A stretch of 64,000 nucleotides of DNA, from NCBI GenBank assembly GCA_046335555.1, contig JBKDHA010000210.1, forward strand, positions 11,737 through 75,736, given 5' to 3'. A program made the position numbers and the translations under genes. The notes beneath the pieces are model-generated. The model saw nothing but the letters and a program-made list of their open reading frames with translations, did not search any database and was not told the DNA's origin. Source of the DNA: Bacteroidota bacterium (GTDB taxonomy: Bacteria > Bacteroidota > Bacteroidia > Palsa-965). Shown in pieces: positions 36,774-44,999 of the stretch; the first letter of the stretch is position 1, and every line of letters starts with the position of its first letter.

Positions 36774-37244
36774 ATGAAATCATTGTCAAACGCCTTTGTT
36801 ATTCTGCTGCTGCTTGGCTGCGCCTTTGCCGGTGCTGCATTTCAGACAGCAGAAACCTGCAACAGCAGTATGCTCAAACAGAAGGCCAAACAAGCTCTGA
36901 ATCCGTTTAAGTACGATTCAGGTAAAGTGACCCGCGTGCTTTACAAACCCAAAGCACAACTCAAAGAAATTGAAGTTCCCGTATTTATCGGTGAGAAGTA
37001 CAGAATGGTGTTCAACACCGAAGCACTTTCGCAGAATGTGGTAATTTCAGTTTACAACAAAGACAAAGAAAGTACCAGTCGCAAAGTGCTGTTTACTACA
37101 AAAAATGCACAGGCCGGCAAAAAGATTCATGTTTATGAACCTGAGCAAGCCAAGTTTAAGTTTTATGTGGACTATGAAATTCCCGCAACCAAAGATTCGG
37201 TATCAACACCCGAATGCGTGATTTTCATGCTCGGTTATCGCTGA
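36774..37244 (+). CDS. Exported hypothetical protein
   Basis: Signal peptide; two Cys in the mature part; co-oriented with the lipoprotein. Confidence 0.75.
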   Translation: MKSLSNAFVILLLLGCAFAGAAFQTAETCNSSMLKQKAKQALNPFKYDSGKVTRVLYKPKAQLKEIEVPVFIGEKYRMVFNTEALSQNVVISVYNKDKESTSRKVLFTTKNAQAGKKIHVYEPEQAKFKFYVDYEIPATKDSVSTPECVIFMLGYR

Positions 37245-37275
37245 TCGGATCAGCAAAGCACAGTTTTTCATTCTG

Positions 37276-37311
37276 AAAAAAGAGACTTTCCAGCCGAAAG
37301 TCTCTTTTTTT
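37276..37311 (+). terminator. Intrinsic terminator
   Basis: aaaaaagagactttc-cagcc-gaaagtctcttttttt. Confidence 0.85.
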
Positions 37312-37599
37312 GTTGTTTACAATGAATAAATAGTTAGATGTTGATAACTTATTGAATGCGTAAATCAGGATGGATATTAACATAAAAACGCGCTATTCTG
37401 ATAAGTCCCTCAAAGCCATATACAGAAAGCGATACAGCACAACCGTACAGCAACATTAATCGGGCTTATCAACAATAAACAAATTCGGGTTTTATTGGAA
37501 TAAACAAAACAATGTAGAAAACTTCGGAAGTATTTTTCGGGTACGTAAAGCTCTGCCACATACTTTTGGCAACACAAGAAGACCGATAAAAGCTCGCCT

Positions 37600-37914
37600 A
37601 TGTTCATTCCCGCACTCGAAACCTCTACTGGTATCCGGATTATTCCGGTAAATGCGGAGCGTATGCTCAACGGCACGCACGGTCACGAAAATGCCGAGCT
37701 TGAACTCTGGGCTCAGTTTAAATTTACTGAGATCACAGAACCTCTTGCACAAGTCTGGACCGGCATCCCGCACCGTTACATTTCAAGACTGGAAGACCTC
37801 AACGAAGGCCGCCCCGTTCGCAATTACGCCCTGCTTCAACTCATGGAAGCCATTCAGGAACAAGAACCCGCCTTCGATCCGGCACACGATTACGTTTACG
37901 TTTGCGCCTGCTAG
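37600..37914 (+). CDS. Small acidic hypothetical protein
   Basis: Codon style like neighbouring core genes; TACTTTTG at 37561; terminator downstream. Confidence 0.65.
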   Translation: MFIPALETSTGIRIIPVNAERMLNGTHGHENAELELWAQFKFTEITEPLAQVWTGIPHRYISRLEDLNEGRPVRNYALLQLMEAIQEQEPAFDPAHDYVYVCAC

Positions 37915-37917
37915 ACC

Positions 37918-37985
37918 GCCGGAGGCGGAATGTAAAGTGTAAAGTGTAAAGTGTTGAGTGTAAAATGAAATTTTCTGCCTCCGGC
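37918..37985. repeat. 13-bp inverted repeat enclosing a heptamer array
   Basis: gccggaggcggaa-(tgtaaag)n-ttctgcctccggc. Confidence 0.8.
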
Positions 37986-37998
37986 AGATTTCATATAT

Positions 37999-38034
37999 AA
38001 AACGTCCGTCTCAACAAGTTGAGACGGACGTTTT
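37999..38034. terminator. Bidirectional intrinsic terminator
   Basis: aaaacgtccgtctcaac-aa-gttgagacggacgtttt, between convergent genes. Confidence 0.85.
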
Positions 38035-38161
38035 TAGTTTGTTGAGGATTTGTAGTGCTAATTATGATTGCCTGTCAATACTGAGCGAAGCGAAGTCAAC
38101 CCATTTTACAATTGCAGCAGAGGAATCGTTACATTCATCACTCATCATTGAACATTCAACA

Positions 38162-38842
38162 TTATTTTTCCGCGCTTCCCATCATCGCATACTGCACCAA
38201 ATTGGCTCCCATTTTCAAAGCCTTCAGTCTTGCTTCGGGTGAATCTTTGTGTACTTCGGCGCTTTCCCAGCCATCGCCAAGATCGCATTCGAAATCATAG
38301 AAACAGACCAAACGGCCTTGCCAGATCAATCCGTAACCTTTAGGGGCTTTTCCGTCGTGCTCGTGTACTTTGGGGAGTCCGTTCGGGAAATCAAATTTCT
38401 GGTGATAGACGGGATGCGAAAAAGGTAATTCTACAAAATCAAGCTCCGGAAATACTTTCTTCATCTGCGGACGCATGAATTTATCCATACCGTAGTTGTC
38501 TGAAATATGCAGAAAACCGCCTCCGGTAAGGTAATTTCTGAGATTGGTGGCTTCCTGCTGCGAGAAAATCACGTTGCCGTGCCCGGTCATGTGGATGAAC
38601 GGATAGCTGAAGAGTTCCGAACTGCCGGCTTCGGTTATGCCCTGTTCTGGATTAATCGATGTTTTCAACTGTTCGTTGCAAAACTTGGAGAGGTTGGGCA
38701 ACGAGGTTTCCAGATTCGCATACCAATCGCCGCCGCCGTTGTATTTGAGCAGGCCAAGTTTACAACTCCATGTTTCGGGAGCACGGAAAGAAGTGGTGAG
38801 TGCAAAAACACAAATAAACAGCAGTGCCGGAACTGATTTCAT
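38162..38842 (-). CDS. DUF4159 domain protein
   Basis: LKYNGGGDWY; YPFIHMTGHG; GGFLHISDNYG; DLGDGWE. Confidence 0.88.
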   Translation of the reverse strand: MKSVPALLFICVFALTTSFRAPETWSCKLGLLKYNGGGDWYANLETSLPNLSKFCNEQLKTSINPEQGITEAGSSELFSYPFIHMTGHGNVIFSQQEATNLRNYLTGGGFLHISDNYGMDKFMRPQMKKVFPELDFVELPFSHPVYHQKFDFPNGLPKVHEHDGKAPKGYGLIWQGRLVCFYDFECDLGDGWESAEVHKDSPEARLKALKMGANLVQYAMMGSAEK

Positions 38843-38884
38843 ACTGTAAAAATAAGAAAGTGTTGAGCTGTAAAACGCTTCTGT

Positions 38885-41800
38885 TTACGAAATACGCAAA
38901 CCAAGCACGCAAATATCATCTGTTTGGCTGCCTTCACCCATCCAATTTGTTATGTTTTGAGTAAGCTTTTCTCGCTGCTCAATGGCCGGGAGATGAGATA
39001 TGCTGATGAGCAAATCCCGGAAATGACGGTAAGAAAGTTTGCGGTCGAAACTTCCGCCAAACTGATCGGGATAGCCATCTGTAAAGAGATAAATCATATC
39101 GCCCGGCAGAAGTTCTATTTCCTGATGATCGAACGGACGGAGTTTGAAATCGAAGTAGCTGCCAATGGAGAAACGATTGCCTTTAACCTGAATCAGTTCT
39201 CCGTTGCGAACAATGTACAGCGGGTTGATTGCGCCCGAAAACATAACAGTGCGGCTCTTTTTCTCAAACACGCAAAGTGCAATATCCATTCCGTCGTGCA
39301 GTTCGCCGGCTTCTTTGTATTGATTAAGCGTTTGCTGGATGCTTACATTCAGGAAGTCGAGAATTGCTGCCGGGCGCGAGAGCTGTCGTTCACGAATAGC
39401 CTGATTGAGCAGATTGTGCCCCATAAGACTGAGCAACGCACCTGGAACACCGTGGCCGGTGCTGTCGGCAACTGCAATGAAAGTATAATCACCACGAGTT
39501 TCTGCCCAATAATAATCGCCGCACAGCACATCTTTCGGACGATACAGTACAAACATATCGCCGAGTTCTTTACGCAGCACTTCTTCGGGCGGAAGAATAG
39601 CATTCTGGATGCGGCGTGCATAAGCAATGCTCGATGAAATATCGTTGTTCTTCTGCTGAATGATTTCACGGTAACGAATTTGCTGAACGGCATTAGCCAT
39701 TACTTCGGCTACTTCTTCCATCAGATCAATATCCTTCATATCAATACCATCCGGCAAATCAGAACACAGCGTAATAAATCCGCTTGAGCGCCCCTCGGTT
39801 TGAAGTGAGGATGTTAGATAAGATCTGATTCCGGCATCAAACAATTTTTTATCGAATTCCGAAAGCGTACCGTCATCAATTATCCCTGATACTAATCTGT
39901 ATCTCGAAACCTGAAGTTGCTCAAGGCGAATAAAATTCTCCTGTGGCAGCAATGTAAGTTCCGGTTTTGAATTATTATCTTTTGTAAGCGAATACACTTC
40001 AATCAGATCATGGTAAGCATCAGTAAGTCCTAACATAACCCTGCTTACATCCTGGATGTGATCGAGATAAATTGGCAAAACACCTGTTACAATCATATCT
40101 ACAGATGTGGCATCAAGTAATCGCTGGCGTGTTTGATTGAGCAATTCCAAATTTTTAGAATATCTGCTCAATTGTAATTCGTATCGTTTCTTCTCAGATA
40201 TATCGGTAAAAATTTCGATTTGCTTCAGCAGTCGTCCGTTTTCATCTACAATAGGCGTATTTGAAACAGAAATCCATATTTCATTACCATCTCGGTTATA
40301 AACGAGGAGTTCAACCTCAAATCCCTCACCGGTTCTCACTTTTTCGCGAGCCGAGTAGATGATTGCCATGTTAGTTTTTTCACCTTTCAGCACATCGCCT
40401 GCTCGCTGATTTCGCACTTCAGCAAGAGAGTAACCGGTGATTCGTGTGAATCCTTCATTTACCCATTCAATATTACTGTCGGGATCACAAATGAGTACAC
40501 CGTTAATTGTTTCGCTGGCTACAAGTGAGAGTTTTTCAAGCTCTTCTTCATACTGTTTCTTTTCGGTAATATCCCGGGCTATAGCCTGAAATCCGCGAAT
40601 ACGGCCAGGTTCAAGATCATCAAAAATAACCCGAACTGTTTGACCGAGCCATACAATGCCTCCGTCGCCGGTAATAACCGGAAACTCAAGATTTGTAGAA
40701 ATCAGTTTGCGCTGAAACTGTTTGGCATAAAATGTAGTTACTTCCTTAATCCAGTCGGGATGAATAAATTCTGTGAAATGACGGCCAAGTAATTCTTCCA
40801 GCGGATACCCGAGAATTTTCACAGCAACATCATTCGTGTATGTAAAAAAGCCACCAAAATTTGCCGTGTAAATAATATCTGATGCCGACTCAACAATATC
40901 ACGGTAACGTTCTTCAATCTGGTGTCTGTCGGTAACATCGAGGCCAATTCCTACTTTAATATCCCCTTCCATTACCGTATCCTGCCACTGTATCCAGCGG
41001 ATAGAACCATTCTTGGCACGAATAGGCACAACATAGGTTTCATTGGCATCTTTATCAGTAAGAACCAACTTTTTTCGTTCAGCATTTTCTTCCTGATTTT
41101 CGGAACGCACATTCCACCAGCCTTCGCCCAAAACTTCTTCTGATGTGTAACCAAGCACAGAAGTAATACTGCGGCTGGCAAAAACTACATTGGCTTTTTT
41201 ATCAACTGCCAGTACTATGCTTCTGGAGTTGTTAATAATGGTATCCGCAAAAACAAGGCGGTTAAACAGATTAAGCCGGATAAGAATGGTGATGAATGAT
41301 ATCACCAATGTTACAATAACTGCAAGAAGAAACATCCATCTGTTATACTGATGTAACTCTTCAGGAAGTACTATAATAATTACAATCGAAAGGGTAATGA
41401 TTAAAAATGATAATATGAGCAGATCTCGCATTTTATCATACCCCCCCCCTATACAACTCATTCCCACTATAAGAGCCAATACAGTAGTAACGGCTAAATT
41501 ATTGTGATAAATAAGAAAGAGTAAGTGCGTGATCAATAAACCAATATTCAAATGAGAAATTAATGTTATTTTCTTTTTTATTAAATTATTTGAATAAGAT
41601 AGCGCTCCCAAAACCAGCATGATAAATCCATGAATTATGGCCAGAATCATATTCATGTCAATAGATACCACGAAAATTTCAATCAGACCTAATGCAAGCG
41701 GATAGATAACACCGGCAGCAATAAGAATATATCTTCCTGAAGTAAGATTATGAGATTCAAGTGTGTTCTGGTCTTTAACAAAGTCAGCCTTATAATTATG

Positions 41801-44149
41801 ATATACTGTAAAAAGAATATAAGTAATACCAATAATTACAAGTATTACAGATATGAAAAACCAACTTGTGTTCCAGAAAGGCTTACTCACAGTAAATGCA
41901 AATGTGCGCTGCGCACTCATAAATCCATTACTGTTTCTGGCGCTTAGTTTGAATACATATTCCCCCGGCTCTAATCCCTGAAAATTAACAGAATTGCCAC
42001 TTGCAAGTTTGATCCAACCTGTATCCAACCCCATCAACTGATACTCATAACTAATATTGATACCGGCTCCAAATTGAATGCCGGTAAAAACAAATGTCAG
42101 ATTATTTACATCGTATGGAAAAACTGGGTGATCCGGCAAACCGTCGTTCATCAATCCTGATGAGGTATAGTCAGACCAGTCCTCCACAGACTGATTGAAA
42201 AGTAGCAGTTCTTTAAATTCAAGTCGCGGTGTAAGGTTTTTCTCTTTTGCTTGCGCAGGCGAATAGATCACCACACCATCAACAGAACCCAACCACAAAC
42301 GCCCTTTTGAATCTGTTGTAAGAGCTCCCGGTGTAAAGTTGGATGTGCCTATACCATCACTTTGCCAGAAATGCTGAATCAGTTGATCGTTTTCACGAAA
42401 AATAATTCGGTCTAACCCGAGCATTGTGGTAACATACATCAGGTTGATTCCTGAATTGTAGTGGATACCACGAACAAAATTGGAACCTAATCCTTCTTTT
42501 TTATTTAATATCTGATACTTCTGTTTGCTGCGGTGATATCGCCCGATGCCACTTCTGTGTGTAGCGAAATAAATATATGTTTCATCCCCGTCAATATCAT
42601 ATATAGCCTGTTCAGGGTCAATCGTTTTTTTATTATTTGATGCTACCGGCCGAACCAGATTGCCATTATCGAGCTTAAATAATCCGCGGGCTGTACCTAA
42701 CCAAACTGTCCCCTCAACATCTTCATATATTGACCAAACCGGGTTCATCAAAAGTTCGTTGCCAACATTAACATATATAATTTCCCCGTTATTCATTCTG
42801 AACAAACCTTTTGATGCGGAGCCAATCCACAAAGCTCCATCAGAAGCGCAGCACAGACTTAAAATTTCACCGGGATTATCTTCAGGTTTGGTGGAATAAA
42901 CAGCGGGCTTTTTTACATTTCCATCAAAAACATTTATTTCGCCACTCATTGTACCGGCATAAATTTTACCGTTACGGTCAGTTGCAATCGAGCCAATCCG
43001 ATTGTTACTTAATCCATCATTAACAGTCCAGCTTTTTATTTCACTTCCATCAAACATGGCTACACCGCCAAGCGTTGCCATCCAAATATTACCATTAATA
43101 TCAGTTACTAATGATCGGACATTATTATCAGGTAAACCATCTTTAATTGTGTACGAAACGAACATTTCGCCATAAAAAAACACAAGACCGCGCTGATAAG
43201 TACCTAACCAAATATTTCCCTGCACATCGCTGAATAACGATAAAATAACATCATCACCTAAACCATTTTTTTTGGATAATTGCTGAAATATTCCATTGCG
43301 GTAATGAATAAGTCCGTTACCCCAGGTACCTAACCAAATATCTCCTTTCTGATCCCGAAGCAAGGAAGTATAATGTGGAGTACTGATTTCGGAAGGAAGC
43401 GATACGGCAATCATCGACTGGCCGTCATAACTCATTAAGCCATTATCTGAAGTTGCAATCCACAACAATCCGTTTTCAATTTCACAAATCCCACGTATTT
43501 GAGAGATTGCGAGTTTACCCTGATCGGGGAATGGTATGTTTGTGTAATCAGTTTTTCGTTTCTCGAGGCAGAATAAACCATTGCGTCCGCTGCCAATCCA
43601 AAGTTTTTTTTGCGAATCAAGATATGCTGCGCGAATTGAAAGCTGATCGAGCGGTGTGGATGTTTTAATAAAACGATACTTGCCCGATTCAAATTTCCAT
43701 AAACCCTGATCTGTACAAAGAATCAATTCCCCGTCAACACCTTTCGTGAATAAATTAATTTGCTTGAAAGGTGAATTTTCAGGGAAAAGATGAATGGTGA
43801 AACGCCCGCCGCTGAAAACAGCAATGCTTTTGTCTGTAGCAACTACAACACCTTCCTTAATTTGACTGATTGCCGTTACCTGATGTCCGGGTATTTCCTC
43901 GCCACATGCAAATACTTCAAACGTTTTACCGTCGAAACGACTTACACCTCCTTCAGTACCGACCCAAATATATCCTGAGCTGTCTTGAAATACAGCATTC
44001 ACCTGCGAATGCGGTAATCCGTTTTCTACCGAGTAATAATTAAAATTATACTGCTGCGCCGATAATTGCTCCTTTGAGAAAAGCAGCATTATCAGCATCA
44101 CCAGAATATAGGGTGTTGCAAAAAAACAGTTCAGATAAGGGATTCGCAT
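38885..44149 (-). CDS. Sensor phosphatase: two-component-regulator propellers, Y_Y_Y, multi-TM region, 3 PAS, GAF and SpoIIE/PP2C
   Basis: GL....V..I.QD..G.IW.GT repeats; YEYQLMG...GEYVF; PAS/PAC DITEKK motifs; GDYYW, VADSTGHGVPG, GMDIAL, FTDG, QTDDI; start uncertain. Confidence 0.9.
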   Translation of the reverse strand: MRIPYLNCFFATPYILVMLIMLLFSKEQLSAQQYNFNYYSVENGLPHSQVNAVFQDSSGYIWVGTEGGVSRFDGKTFEVFACGEEIPGHQVTAISQIKEGVVVATDKSIAVFSGGRFTIHLFPENSPFKQINLFTKGVDGELILCTDQGLWKFESGKYRFIKTSTPLDQLSIRAAYLDSQKKLWIGSGRNGLFCLEKRKTDYTNIPFPDQGKLAISQIRGICEIENGLLWIATSDNGLMSYDGQSMIAVSLPSEISTPHYTSLLRDQKGDIWLGTWGNGLIHYRNGIFQQLSKKNGLGDDVILSLFSDVQGNIWLGTYQRGLVFFYGEMFVSYTIKDGLPDNNVRSLVTDINGNIWMATLGGVAMFDGSEIKSWTVNDGLSNNRIGSIATDRNGKIYAGTMSGEINVFDGNVKKPAVYSTKPEDNPGEILSLCCASDGALWIGSASKGLFRMNNGEIIYVNVGNELLMNPVWSIYEDVEGTVWLGTARGLFKLDNGNLVRPVASNNKKTIDPEQAIYDIDGDETYIYFATHRSGIGRYHRSKQKYQILNKKEGLGSNFVRGIHYNSGINLMYVTTMLGLDRIIFRENDQLIQHFWQSDGIGTSNFTPGALTTDSKGRLWLGSVDGVVIYSPAQAKEKNLTPRLEFKELLLFNQSVEDWSDYTSSGLMNDGLPDHPVFPYDVNNLTFVFTGIQFGAGINISYEYQLMGLDTGWIKLASGNSVNFQGLEPGEYVFKLSARNSNGFMSAQRTFAFTVSKPFWNTSWFFISVILVIIGITYILFTVYHNYKADFVKDQNTLESHNLTSGRYILIAAGVIYPLALGLIEIFVVSIDMNMILAIIHGFIMLVLGALSYSNNLIKKKITLISHLNIGLLITHLLFLIYHNNLAVTTVLALIVGMSCIGGGYDKMRDLLILSFLIITLSIVIIIVLPEELHQYNRWMFLLAVIVTLVISFITILIRLNLFNRLVFADTIINNSRSIVLAVDKKANVVFASRSITSVLGYTSEEVLGEGWWNVRSENQEENAERKKLVLTDKDANETYVVPIRAKNGSIRWIQWQDTVMEGDIKVGIGLDVTDRHQIEERYRDIVESASDIIYTANFGGFFTYTNDVAVKILGYPLEELLGRHFTEFIHPDWIKEVTTFYAKQFQRKLISTNLEFPVITGDGGIVWLGQTVRVIFDDLEPGRIRGFQAIARDITEKKQYEEELEKLSLVASETINGVLICDPDSNIEWVNEGFTRITGYSLAEVRNQRAGDVLKGEKTNMAIIYSAREKVRTGEGFEVELLVYNRDGNEIWISVSNTPIVDENGRLLKQIEIFTDISEKKRYELQLSRYSKNLELLNQTRQRLLDATSVDMIVTGVLPIYLDHIQDVSRVMLGLTDAYHDLIEVYSLTKDNNSKPELTLLPQENFIRLEQLQVSRYRLVSGIIDDGTLSEFDKKLFDAGIRSYLTSSLQTEGRSSGFITLCSDLPDGIDMKDIDLMEEVAEVMANAVQQIRYREIIQQKNNDISSSIAYARRIQNAILPPEEVLRKELGDMFVLYRPKDVLCGDYYWAETRGDYTFIAVADSTGHGVPGALLSLMGHNLLNQAIRERQLSRPAAILDFLNVSIQQTLNQYKEAGELHDGMDIALCVFEKKSRTVMFSGAINPLYIVRNGELIQVKGNRFSIGSYFDFKLRPFDHQEIELLPGDMIYLFTDGYPDQFGGSFDRKLSYRHFRDLLISISHLPAIEQREKLTQNITNWMGEGSQTDDICVLGLRIS

Positions 44150-44243
44150 AACCGGTATTAATAAAGGTAGTGAAACCTCCCTTTCGATAAATAAATTTCG
44201 ATAAAGTCCATTCCCTGCCCGATTACACTCCAATAATCTACGC

Positions 44244-44870
44244 TTACTGCCCGATATTCTTACGGGTCAGCTGATCATAATCCTGAATGCTTCTGATAAT
44301 GACCTCATGCGCCTCTTCCCTTCCGTATATTGCTGCCAGTTCAATTGGTGCCCGTGCTTCTCCCGGAATTAGCTTGTACGTGAGAAAATAATGCCTCAGT
44401 CGGTTAATGAGTTCGGGCGGGCATTCGCTGATGTCTTTGTAAGCTCCGAAAACAGCATCCGATTTTAAAACGGCAATGATTTTATCATCAGCCTCATTTT
44501 TATCAATGAGCCTGAAACCGCCAATAGGAACAGCAGTAACGAGTATATCTCCGTGCGTAACCGGTCGTTCACTCAACACACAAATATCAAGCGGATCGCC
44601 GTCGCCCGCAGGTACAAGTCTTCCACTGCGCTCCGAACAATAAGCAGCGGTTTCATTTCCGCAAAAAGTTCGCGGCACAAAGCCATATAAAGCAGGTACA
44701 ACATTTGAAAACAGCTGCGGACGGTCAACTTTCAGATAACCGCTTTCTTTATCAATTTCATACTTGATTGTGTCTGTCGGTACAATTTCAATAAAAGCAG
44801 TTACAATTTCGGGAACCTGAGGCCCGGAAGAAATACCATGCCAGGGATGTGCTTTTTGTTGCGGATACAT
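44244..44870 (-). CDS. ppa: Soluble inorganic pyrophosphatase (family I)
   Basis: HPWHG; KYEIDK; YGFVPRT; GDGDPLDI; DDKIIAV. Confidence 0.93.
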   Translation of the reverse strand: MYPQQKAHPWHGISSGPQVPEIVTAFIEIVPTDTIKYEIDKESGYLKVDRPQLFSNVVPALYGFVPRTFCGNETAAYCSERSGRLVPAGDGDPLDICVLSERPVTHGDILVTAVPIGGFRLIDKNEADDKIIAVLKSDAVFGAYKDISECPPELINRLRHYFLTYKLIPGEARAPIELAAIYGREEAHEVIIRSIQDYDQLTRKNIGQ

Positions 44871-44999
44871 GGGGTAAATGTAGGTGGTTTGAAGCAAAAT
44901 ATTTATGCATACAGAACCTAATTAAAACAACTGTTCAAAAAACAACACACAAATCCTTTTCTTGCTTCGTGCTTGTTATCCACCACCTATATTTGCAGT

